A DNA stretch of 63,712 nucleotides, counting the filler, from Octopus bimaculoides (lineage: Eukaryota): assembly GCF_001194135.2 (NCBI RefSeq). It is 3 parts of 3 records of this genome, joined end to end, with 100 filler letters (N's around TTAATTAATTAA, not from the genome) between each part and the next. Parts side by side here need not be neighbours in the genome. Positions count along the whole stretch, not along the records: positions 37,719 to 63,712 come from NC_068989.1; 2 more parts are not named here. One strand, written 5' to 3'. The translations under genes and the position numbers were made by a program. Positions within the stretch are counted from its first letter, which is position 1. Every line of letters starts with the position of its first letter. The notes under the pieces are model-generated. The model did no database searches. It was not told the DNA's origin and worked only from the letters and a program-made list of their open reading frames with translations. This document shows positions 52,457 to 63,712 of this stretch, in pieces.

Positions 52457-52672
52457 AATAATAATAATAATAATCCTTTCTACTATCGGCACAAGGCCTG
52501 AAATTTGAGGAGAGGGGGGATAGTCGATTATATCGACCCCCAGTGCTCAATTGGTACTTATTTAATCGACCCAGAAAGGATGAAAAGCAAAGTCGACTTT
52601 CGTGGATTTTGAACTCAGAACGTAGCGACGGACGAAATGCTGCTAAGCATTTTGTCCGGCATGCTAACGTTA
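52212..52672 (-). mobile_element. Two tandem Nin/Deu-like SINE copies separated by (TTA)n(AAT)n
   Basis: Family motifs in both, CpGs largely intact. Confidence 0.85.
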
Positions 52673-52699
52673 ATAACAGCAACAACAACAACAACAACA

Positions 52700-52736
<37 letters not shown>

Positions 52737-53261
52737 GAAATTATTATTATTATTATTATTATTGGTTTGTAACGAACAGGGTGGTGTTAAAAGAAAATTA
52801 GTAATTAAAAAACCAAACTTACTGAGTCGAAGCAGGATGTTATGATGTTATCTGGAAACATATTTCTGTAATGAAAGAAAAAGAGACAAGATTTGATATA
52901 AGTTATAAACTTGTATAATTTACATATTACACAGGCTGGACACAAGCATGGTTGCTAAGAAGATTTCTTTGATGTTTGATTGAAGCAAAAGATCAAAGTC
53001 TTGCAACTACAATCACCAAAAGCGTGCAATGAAGCAGAATACATTTAGATATTGCAGGATATGGAAAGTTTATGAAGAAACAATTAATATATTGTCTCTC
53101 GAGCAGGTCTCTTTTAAGCAAGAGAGAGAATACATCTCCTGACAGGATAGATTTATTGTATTTGTAAAGTGAAAGTTACGACAGTATTAAGAAATACTAG
53201 ACCAGGTTCAAGACAGCTATGGCCAACGTCAGCATTAGGAAATAGCAGACCAGGTTCAAGA

Positions 53262-53403
53262 CAGCTACGGCCAACCTGCGGCATCTTGTGAACGGCATGC
53301 CTAATAAAAAATTTACCTTTGAATTTTTAGTAATTTCGCCCGCCTGATAATGAGCTGTCATATGGCCCGCTTATCGAAAAAAAATAAAGGTTGCTCGTAT
53401 TTG
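53262..53403. mobile_element. Possible degenerate hAT-type MITE
   Basis: CAGCTACGGCCAACCTGCGGC..TGGCCCGC..AAGGTTGCTCGTATTTG; imperfect TIR (12/17), TSD only half matched. Confidence 0.35.
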
Positions 53404-53934
53404 GTTCCCCAAACAACTATCACTGGTATATGTCGATGCACGCAAACAGGGAGATCAAGGTTTATGCCAGACACTGTCGTTAACGACCACCAGTAAAGGA
53501 ATGACTCCTAACTGTGCATAGATGGTGCTTTAGTTTTTCGAAAATAGAGGAATGAAAAACAAAGTGAAACGTAGAATTTGAACGTACAACATCGAGCGTT
53601 GTAAACAGAGGCCGTGACACATTTTAACCGCTGCATATCCAACGATGTTACTAAGAACATTTCAATAGCAATGTTTATAAGGATTTTTAACATAAGCACA
53701 AATCCACAAACATTTGGCGGAAGAGCAGAGTCGCTTGTAACGACACCAGTACGAGGCTGGTACATATATTTCATTGACCTCGGAACGGAAGAACACAAAG
53801 TAGACTTTATTGGTGTCAAAGAATAGAGAAACAGTTTGTCCGGTACTCTATCGATTCCTTCATCCTCGACTTAAAAGTTGCCTTTGGTGAAATTTAAAAC
53901 CAGAACGTAGAAAAAGAAATTGAGATCTTTTATA

Positions 53935-54257
53935 AGAGCACTCCGTCGGTTACGACGACGAGTGTCCCAGCTGATACGATCAACGGAACAGCTTGCTCGT
54001 GAAATTAACGTGCAAGTAACTGAGCAGTCCACAGACATGTGTGCCATTAACGTAGTTCTCAGGGAGATTCAGTGTGACTCAGAATGTGACAAGGCTGGCC
54101 ATTTGAAATGCAGGTACAACTCACTTTTACCAGCTGAGTGGATTGGAGCAACGTGAAATAAAGTGCCTTGCTCAAGGACACAATACGTCACCGGAAATTG
54201 AACTCACGATCTTACGTTCGGGAGACGAATGCCCTAACCACTGAGCCACGCACCTTT
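53935..54257 (-). mobile_element. tRNA-derived SINE: family A head, CCTTGAGCAAGGCACTT core, AGCCTTGTCACA tail
   Basis: Complete element read on the minus strand. Confidence 0.85.
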
Positions 54258-55720
54258 ACGATGGAGATCCAAACAGCAAGCTATTCAGTGTGATATTTCA
54301 ACGACTCTTAGCCACTTAATAAAAAAACGACGATCTGTTTTCGAAACGTTGGATTTTACACGATAAAAATCAAAATCAAAGTTTTTGATAAAGCAATATA
54401 TTCTGTTAGTATTAAAAGTAATTTCATTCAAACAAAAATTCTTGACACATGAAATAAAATATGAATAAATATCCTAAAATCAGCATGATAACTAACAATT
54501 CTTTTGAATTTGTAACCATGGTAATTACTCATTCTAGAGATTTGGTGAGCAAAGATTCTCAATTCGAGTTACATGGAGGATAAATATAAGTATTTTGATG
54601 TTTCAATCAAGAATGATGTATTCTGTGATGCTCTGAGGCCAATAATTTCAAAGACACAGTATATAATACTTTTAGTTTGGTACTCCGAGAGAAAGAGTGC
54701 ACGTATATTATGGTACCATAGCTAGTAATGCTATATATATTTTTGATAGAAGACCATCAATTTTGCGAACTATGAGGGACATTAATATCTATTTTGAAAC
54801 CATGCTGGATAATACATCTAGTTTATGAGCAATGATTATACACTAATGTCTATTCTGGGAACAAGGTGGACAATGCATCTATTTTGGAACCAAAATGGAA
54901 GCTACGTTTATTTTGGAATCCAGTTCGTATGATCAGCAAAACAATACATGGAACATTGAATATATGAAAGCAAATTTACAAGGGAAGAATACTGTTTGGA
55001 ATAACATCCAATATTTAATTGGAAATTTTCCTTCTAACACATCCGCATACAACTGACAGAGACATACAGACACCAACACAAATGTAATATATTTATACTC
55101 AGTCACCCAATATCACAATATCAGACACCTTTAAAAATAGAAACCCATATACAGACAGAAAAGCATTTTCAGTTCTACACACATATACGCACACACACAC
55201 AGAGGCAAATCCACATACACATGAAACATTCCGAGGGGACACACAGGCATACACATTCTCATATGCATATGCGTACACATTACACATTACATACACTAAA
55301 AGCAACTACTAAAGTGAGACCACGAGTGAATATCCACACAGTTCGTGTTGTTGAGTTCCAAGACAGCTCTGATCAAATAGATTTATGATCAAAGACACTC
55401 CAGTCGATCCCACCACCCCGCTTTTTTTCTGGAACCCGGATCACATTATTCAATGTGTTCATTTGAAGACGATGATATGAGATTTGAGAGTGATCCAGTT
55501 GCTGTTTCATGCAGGTCGATCGACCAGGTAGATATTTTCTCACCGTTTAATAAGAAATAACAGCAAAAATTCTCTCAAATCATACATTCCTGTTTAAAAA
55601 CAAGAAAATGTACAATGGATGTTGTCGTTGAAGATGAGATAGACACAGGAAGAATTCATTTAGTTATCAGCCGGGTAGATCTAAGATTACCTGCGGCTGA
55701 ACAGCAGCAGCAACAAAAAT

Positions 55721-55932
55721 GGCTTTCAAATTTTGGCAGAAAGGCCAGCAATTCTGGGGTGGGGTTAAGTCGATTACATCGACCCCAGTGTTTTACTGGT
55801 ACTTAATTTATCGATCCCGAAAGGATGAAAGGTAAAGTCGGCTTCGGTTGAATTTGAACTCAGAACGTAAAGACGGACGAAATTCCACTAAGCATTTTCC
55901 TCGGCACACTAACTATTCTGCTAGCTCATCCC
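55721..55932 (-). mobile_element. Nin/Deu-like SINE
   Basis: Family motifs; (AAT)n adjacent to head. Confidence 0.85.
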
Positions 55933-56314
55933 CATAATAATAATAATAATAATAATGGCAATAAGTTCAAAAATAGCAGCATTTGCAACAACAGGGCAAT
56001 ATCCAAAGCTGTATCAGCAAACGAAAGGAGATATTTGGAAACATATCCCGCGATCAAAAGTCAACACATAGCATCTATTTGGCGGCTGCCATATTTGGCT
56101 GCCATATTTACAATACACAAACCGATTCCCATCTATTTTCGAACACATCAACAGCATATATTGGCTCTCAGTTGTTATTCCGTGTTTCCGGTCGCAGACT
56201 AATAACACAGAACGTTATAGATTTCGAATTGTTTCCGTCGACAAAAGATTTGTTCTCAGGAATGGCCCGGTATAAGTGAATGTGCGCAAGTGTGTGTGTG
56301 CGTGAGGCGGAGGG

Positions 56315-56354
<40 letters not shown>

Positions 56355-56576
56355 GTCATACTGAGAATGTGGTGGTGTAGAAGGGTCGATTGATCGGCCA
56401 GCTGGGCGGGAGGGGGTGACGAAAGAATCAATATAACAGCACGAGGGTTTAATATGATATCTGATCCTAAACATTCTTGCTCAGAGAAATCCAATATTGT
56501 TTTCTGTATTCACTTCTGCTTGAAATCCGATAGTATAAATAATGAAAACACTACACCACCATATACATATAGCGTA

Positions 56577-56615
<39 letters not shown>

Positions 56616-56839
56616 AATCACATATAATGTGAGACATATTCAGGAAAGAGGTATGTCTGCAGGCGCAAAAGCATCAATGTATGAAAATGCACATACATAT
56701 ACACACATTTATGAATATACAAGCGCACACATATATATATTACACTGTATGTATATACACATAATTTTATCTTATCTCTCTCTGAATGTGTGTCGCTTTG
56801 CGTGCGTGTATGTATGTATTCACAAGCAGTTATATACGC

Positions 56840-56884
<45 letters not shown>

Positions 56885-57222
56885 CCTCTCTCTGTTGCTA
56901 GTTGTATGTGTGTGTGTGTGTACTTACGCTCGTGTATATGCTTGTCACTGCATCAATGCATAAGGTTACAGGATGAAAATATATGAATGGAATATAAATA
57001 CATTATGTATATATACATTTATATACATAACTATATGTCTGTCCTTATAGTTGCGTGTATATGAAAATCATGTTAATACACGTAAATATTATGTGTGTGG
57101 TTGTTTCGAAAACCCACATGTTATTACACGCAAAGACATTACTGATGCGCAGATAATAGATATGTGTGCATCTATTTAGTCATAAAATTACAATTATATA
57201 TTGCTATAATTAGTTTCTCGGC

Positions 57223-57261
<39 letters not shown>

Positions 57262-57731
57262 AAAGATAAGAAACGAACGGATCGGGAGTGAGCAGGTATA
57301 TAAATACCAATTGAGAATGAAAAAGAAAAGGAAAAGTAACTGAAAAAAAATTAATCGTTTCAAGGAAGCACTATAGATAAAACTAGATGGAAATATCTGC
57401 CAATAAATTTTATGCATACAGAATCATGCATGCGTGTACACTTATAGATGTATGTACTTGAATGTATATGTGTGTATTATATTATCAATAACACCCACGT
57501 AAGTTTATTAATAAATATAATGAGTGGTGAGGGTTCATGGCGAAAGGCATCATATGAAGAACGGGTTGAATTTAAATGCTGACCCATTCGGTACCGCAGT
57601 GGTAATAAAGAAACGTGGATCTTCTAATACGAATAAGATTGTACAGCGGAGAAAAATACCATACATTAAAACAAAAAAACAACCCTTTATTATTACCTCA
57701 GTTATATTAATCCAATTCTTTTCTTTTATTC

Positions 57732-58063
57732 TTTTATTTGTTCCAGTCATTTAACTGCGACCGTGCTGGAACACCGCTTTTAGTAGAACAAATCGTGCGT
57801 AGCACTTATTCTATCGGTGTCTTTTGCCGAACCGCTAAGTTACATCGGTTGTCAATGATGGTGGGGTGGAGGACAAACACAGTCATTCAAACATATGTAT
57901 ATATGCATGTATACAATGGGATTCTTTCAGTTTCCGTCTACCAAATCCACTCACAAAGCTCTGGTCGGCCCGTGGCTATAGTAGACGACACTTGCCCAAG
58001 GTGCCACTCAGTGGGACTGAACCCGGAACCAAGCTACTTACCACACAGCCCCTCCTGCGCCTT
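57732..58063 (-). mobile_element. CORE-like SINE
   Basis: Reverse complement of 47660 family. Confidence 0.85.
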
Positions 58064-58628
58064 TGCACAATGTTAGCAATTAGTTAAACATCTATTGAAA
58101 CTAAAATGTATTCATGTTCTTCGTTATTCGTACCTTCTCTATGCATATCTAAATCAAATGTTTTGTTAGGATTTTCAGTGTACACAGCTTATCAAATCGG
58201 AGATCAATGAATTCGTTGGAGCCGCTCTGTTTTCAAGGTAACCTTCTACGAATTGTTGATCAGAGATACAAGAAAAAGAAAAAAGTGCTCGAAGTGCATA
58301 TTTAAAAATCCCAAGGAAATTTTGCTTTAATTTCGTAATTAGTTTCGAAGGCAAATGCAAATCTGAAGAAAATTAAATAGTTGCTTTATACACTCTTGAT
58401 AGAAAAGTGTATTAAAATCAGTGTTGGTATCTGAGAGTTACTGTCTCTGTCCTTCTGTCTCCCTCCCCCTATCTATCTATCTATCTAGAAATTTCCCTCG
58501 GGTATCGCGAGAATAATAACTTGGAGTAGAACTCAATATACATTTGGTTCAGAATAATGTGTTAGTTGATTATAGAGTTATGTTATGAGCATCCCTGTGT
58601 CACCTCTCTTTATATATATATGCTGTTA

Positions 58629-58826
58629 TTCTTTTACTTGTTTCAGTCATTTGATTGTCGCCATGCTGGAGCACCGCCTTTAGTCGAGGAAATCGACCCC
58701 AGGACTTATTCTTTGTAAGCCTAGTACTTTTTCTATCAGTCTCTTTTGCCGAACCGCTAAGTTACAGGGATGTAAACACACCAACATCAATTGTCAAGCG
58801 ATGGTAAGGGGATGAACTAAGACACA

Positions 58827-58866
<40 letters not shown>

Positions 58867-58887
58867 TATATATATATATACACGACG
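58629..58887 (-). mobile_element. CORE-like SINE, 3' half, head in gap
   Basis: Family tail and body. Confidence 0.85.
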
Positions 58888-59445
58888 NNNNNNNNNNNNN
58901 NNNNNNNNNNNNNNNNNNNNNNNNNNNNNNNNNNNNNNNNNNNNNNNNNNNNNNNNNNNNNNNNNNNNNNNNNNNNNNNNNNNNNNNNNNNNNNNNNNNN
59001 NNNNNNNNNNNNNNNNNNNNNNNNNNNNNNNNNNNNNNNNNNNNNNNNNNNNNNNNNNNNNNNNNNNNNNNNNNNNNNNNNNNNNNNNNNNNNNNNNNNN
59101 NNNNNNNNNNNNNNNNNNNNNNNNNNNNNNNNNNNNNNNNNNNNNNNNNNNNNNNNNNNNNNNNNNNNNNNNNNNNNNNNNNNNNNNNNNNNNNNNNNNN
59201 NNNNNNNNNNNNNNNNNNNNNNNNNNNNNNNNNNNNNNNNNNNNNNNNNNNNNNNNNNNNNNNNNNNNNNNNNNNNNNNNNNNNNNNNNNNNNNNNNNNN
59301 NNNNNNNNNNNNNNNNNNNNNNNNNNNNNNACGGTTCTGCCAGCACGCCGTCTTAAAAAAAAAACACAGCAGCTATATATGGCTGTCAGGAAATCAGACA
59401 ATAACTCGATATTCGATCTTATATGTTGGTGCTGTTTGTTCCTTC

Positions 59446-59716
59446 TCGAGCCATGCCTGGCTCATAAGTGCCGGTTTCCCGGTTTCCCGATTTCCGTATA
59501 GGTTCCCCTACCTGGACGGGATGCCGGTCCGTCACAGGTAAGCTGCTGGATGTAGGAGGAAAGAGTGAGAGAAAGTTGTGGCGAAAGAGTTAGAAGTTCG
59601 CCTTTACCTTTTACCGGAGCCGCGTGGAGCTTAAGTGTTTCGCCCGGTCTGTGATTCGAACCCGCGATCCCTCGACCGCGAGTCTGCTGCTTTAACCACA
59701 ACGCCACATGCCTCCA
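59446..59716 (-). mobile_element. tRNA-derived SINE with Meta-domain-like 3' part
   Basis: Same family as 46367-46652. Confidence 0.75.
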
Positions 59717-60349
59717 CACATGTTAGTGTTAGAAAAATAAATCAAGAGCTTCATAAGTAAAGACTGACCATTTAAATAAAAATTTGTGTTTGACTACAGT
59801 TATAACAAGGTGTTGAGATCAAATCTCGTTGGGGGTGAAATAACATGTTTCTCTTCTTGATGATGTCAATGACAATGAGTAATAACATAATGCCAACCAA
59901 CGTAAAAAGGCATCTTGGTGGCCTCTCTACCTGCTAGAAATAGCAACCAAACAAGATCTTAGTATGTTAAAAGTATGATACAATGGATTATATACTTTTG
60001 AACCTTTTGTCGAGGAATACGACGAGATGGGCATGGTTGGTAGGCTTTGATCTTGGGTAGGTTTGATTAGATCTGACATTGGTTTAAACAGCATCAGTAG
60101 GCTGACTATCTTATTTTATTAAAATTCAAAATCAGAAACAAAGATTAAGTATATTATACACATATATATATATATATACATCACATTACTCATATACACA
60201 CATATATACACAACGTTACATATGGAGATACAAAATACACAACCGATACACACACACATATACATAGTAACACACAAATACACATTTCATACTGTTATGC
60301 ACACATAACTACACACTCGTATCATCATACACGAAATTACACTCAGACA

Positions 60350-60386
<37 letters not shown>

Positions 60387-60568
60387 GAATACAAACATTA
60401 AATGTATATCGACACATTCATACAGAATAACACACGCTGTTAAATGTTATACATACACAGATATACATACAAATATACACTGCTACACAAATATACACAG
60501 CTACATAAACATGTTCACACGTATGCATACTCTCGCACAACTAAAACGTAGGCGTAATCAAACATATT

Positions 60569-60615
<47 letters not shown>

Positions 60616-60771
60616 GAAGATTTAGCCAAAACTCTTTGTGTTTGTGTGTAGATGTTTTGTTTGTTTAAGTGGTAAAACAAAGAAACGCTTCCATTTCCAA
60701 ACACCAGAGATTCAAAATATTCGAAGGTATTGTAAAATTTGATGGCGATGGGTGTAGATGTGTGACAGAGA

Positions 60772-60844
60772 GCGCCGCAAGATGGCGACGAATACAGAAA
60801 TACGTTAAATAAGATTTGTAACAGAAACAACCGCTAGATGTCGG
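60772..60844 (+). promoter_or_regulatory. Two tandem CTCF-like motifs (the first also YY1-like)
   Basis: GCGCCGCAAGATGGCGAC (60772-60789) and CCGCTAGATGTCGG (60831-60844) in CpG-retaining unique sequence; motif match only. Confidence 0.3.
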
Positions 60845-61574
60845 TAAAGACAAGAATACATTACATTAGGTTTAATGGATGAAAATGGAATAGCAACTGA
60901 TAGAAAACACTTGAAATTGAAGTAGATCTAATACAATACAAATTAAATTGTTTAGATATTCGGTGATATTGGGAGAGATCGATACAGAGTGGTAGGTAGG
61001 TTAGCGGAAGGGTGAGCAGGTAGCATAGCAAGCTAGGGAGAAAGGTACGTAAGCAACTGAGATGGTAGGTAAGTAGTTGGGAAGACGGGTAGGTGTATAG
61101 GTAAGTAGATAGGTAGGTAGGTACAGAGGGAAGAATGTAGGTAGTTAAGTAAGATCGTGGGGATGTAGTTAGATGGCTAAGAAGACAGGTAGAAAGATAG
61201 AAAGGTAGTATGTAGGTAGCGAGGTAGATAAGTAGATTGTTTGGTGTGCAGTTAGGTTAATTGATAGGGAGGGATGGAAGTCGGTAAATAATTGTATTGA
61301 TCAGGAATAGTTAGGTATACACACAAGCTCATACACACGCGCGCGCGAGCACGTAAATGCATGCAGCAAATATGCACGTATGCTGTCATATATATTGATA
61401 GATAAACAGTCAAATGCGGAGATAGGTGCCTGTGCGTACGCATGTGTGTGTGTGTGTGTGTGTGTTCGTGTGTTTGTGTGTGTGCGTGTTCTTCACGAGA
61501 GGGAAATTAGGCTTTGTGAAAGGACACTTTATAAACTAAAGATGGAAAGACTTCCTTACATTTAATCAGCAAAA

Positions 61575-61830
61575 CAAAAAAATGTAATATTGAAGTGGAA
61601 AGTTGGGAAATTAATTGGAATTGATAGTACACCATGGAGAAACTGTAGACTCAATTCGTCAATGTATTTTGAAGGAAATCGAATTAAACGTGCAAAATTG
61701 AAATGAGATGCAAGGAAAGGATACCTTATAGGTATCAATAATATCTTCAAATGTTCAACTTGTATCTGAGTTTGTCTATCAAAGGCTGGTCTTGTTGACT
61801 TCTCGAGGATACATGTGAAAAAACAGCAAG
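61575..61830 (+). mobile_element. RTE-clade LINE C-terminal remnant
   Basis: KCNIEVESWE, WRNC, FEGNRIKRAKLK, FKCSTC..VCLSKAGL....RIH zinc-finger-like end. Confidence 0.7.
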
Positions 61831-62160
61831 TTAATTACAACAGATCATTGTGACCTGCAAGAGCACATATCTGTTGTTTTTCAAATTGTAGTGTTAAAAG
61901 ACGACTGGCTTTCTGTACAGAAGGCAAGCTGACATGATTCTGTATTACATTTATCTGAGGATAGGTAGTTATATCATTGCTGTGACAAAAGCTTCGGATC
62001 ATTAGCTCAGTGAAAAATACTTCACTTTGCGGTTCATTAATGAACAAACATCGTACTTAATACTGAGCTGACTTCCATAATCAATCATGCACCTGCAAAA
62101 ATTTACCTATCTCTCTACAGAGACACATCGACACATATGTATTCTCTATTACACGCTTCA

Positions 62161-62291
62161 TTCATTTGACTGTGGCCATGCTGGAGCACCGCCTTCAAGA
62201 GTTTTAGTCTAGGAAATCGACCCCCAGGTCTTATTCTTTGTCAGTCTGGTACTTATTACATCGGTTTCTTATGCCGAGCCGCTAAATTACG

Positions 62292-62295
<4 letters not shown>
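62161..62295 (-). mobile_element. CORE-like SINE tail fragment
   Basis: CATTTGACTGTGGCCATGCTGGAGCACCGCC family tail. Confidence 0.8.
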
Positions 62296-62351
<56 letters not shown>

Positions 62352-62849
62352 TCTCATTCAATATGGAGGCAAGTAGCAAGTTCCCATGAGGCAAGCTTGA
62401 TAATTGTTGAGAGATCTCACTACATGAAACCATTGGTAGCCTTATTAAGCCACCCCACAGATATTGTGTGTGTATGTGTGCGTGCGTGCGTGCGTGCGTG
62501 AGAGAGAGAGAAAGTCTGTGTGCGTGTGTTCACGCGCGCCCTTTTTTTTCTTCTTTCCCATCATTTCTTTCTTCGACTCCCACTTTTTTCTTTTTCCTCC
62601 TTCGAATTGATTTGCCTTTCCCCAACTTTTCCCCTTTTTCTACTTCATGTACACACAAAGTTTATGACTCCTCCCTTTACAAATTACTCTTTCTTCCAGA
62701 AATGTATCTTTTCGTTTATCTAGCTTGCTTCTATAACAGAATGTTTACAAATTCGATTATGGACAATTATTACTTAACCCATCAACTACCAAGTTCTTTT
62801 ATTCACATGTTTTGGCTTTTCCAGGTGTCTTAAGAGTTATTATGTACAT

Positions 62850-63272
62850 ACATCAATGACTGATGCATCTGGACACATCTTCAGCGATATGCCTGGTTTC
62901 ATCGGGTGTTTCGGGTCTTTCAACATCATACACCCTCCCCCAGGTGACCCAGCTGGAGCTGATCAGACCTCAGCTTGTATCCAGATGGCCAGCTAGCTAC
63001 CCCATGGCTCTCCTCTTTTGATCCACAGCCATCTTCAGGCCCTCTCTGCTGCATCGTTGGTACTGCGGATGGCCTTCCTCCTTCTCACTCCTTCGATACC
63101 CAAACTGCTGAAGGCTCTGGTCAGGGAACGGGCTGCGAAATCCCTCCTTCCAACCGCCACTGCGAGACACCTTGCTCTCCAGCCAGCCTGTTGGCAGTCC
63201 CTGACCAGACTCGCGTACTTGGAGAGCTTTCTCCCAAAAGATTCTTCTAGGCAATCTTCCCATGGTATTTAA
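62850..63272 (-). mobile_element. HERO/R2-superfamily non-LTR element, 3' end with RLE domain and 3' UTR
   Basis: PWEDCLEESFGRKLSKYASLV..CQQAGWRARCLAVAVGRRDFAARSL...AAERA*RWLWIKRGEPW; GC-rich relative to flanks. Confidence 0.88.
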
Positions 63273-63664
63273 ATTTTCTTCATACGTGAATTTTTTGGAA
63301 ATTATAAATCTTTCGAAAAGTCCCAAATGGGGATCGCAGGAAAAAAAAGCATATTTATCCTTTTCTATTCAATTGCAATAATAAATATCTTAGTTTTTTT
63401 TAACTATAGTATATCTGTTGTTTTTTTTCGTAAATTATCTCAGGGAGGAATTTCAACCATGTTTCGTGGTCTGCTACCACAACAGCTCCTTTATAGGATC
63501 CAGTTAGCTCAAGACATCATCAGGAGGAACCACGTCCTGTTTCAGCCCCTACTCCTCTACCGTTTCGACGTGGCGGGGCCCCTCCTTTCGGAGGTGTCTA
63601 TATACATATTCATACGTACGTATATATACATACATACATATATATATATACATAAACACATATG

Positions 63665-63712
<48 letters not shown>

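Noticed and set aside
62874-62935. HERO 3' UTR as a hammerhead or C/D snoRNA
   Set aside because: GAAAC and CTGAAGA are present but stems II and III do not pair; bulge geometry is non-canonical and it is part of the retroelement

Overview
Eukaryotic, AT-rich, repeat-dominated genomic window with many N gaps. The SINE families and microsatellite load point to an octopod cephalopod (inference from recalled repeat motifs, no search run). There is no intact long gene and no prokaryotic system. Nearly all ORFs in the supplied track are microsatellite or N artefacts. Supported content: a 5'-truncated Helitron with PIF1-like helicase (13449-15790) plus two further Helitron ends; a decayed mariner (20760-21797); a full-length 1200-bp Tc1 element (29551-30750); a fold-back mariner derivative; a Merlin-type MITE with perfect 8-bp TSD; fragments of R4/Dong, Penelope, CR1, RTE and HERO/R2-type retroelements; and several dozen tRNA-derived SINE copies. 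The most interesting structure is not a single feature. (1) A stack of retroelements at 31.7-35.3 kb is glued together by (AAT)n and includes an apparently young R4/Dong insertion absent from the ORF track. (2) A CpG-eroded domain (12.7-37.1 kb) is bounded by two artificial scaffold-join markers and holds a tentative chain of small minus-strand exons, consistent with a methylated gene body. (3) Several degenerate hammerhead-ribozyme-like motifs are present. (4) SINE heads, cores and tails appear to have been swapped between families. Coordinates of degenerate repeats are approximate (about +/-15 bp).
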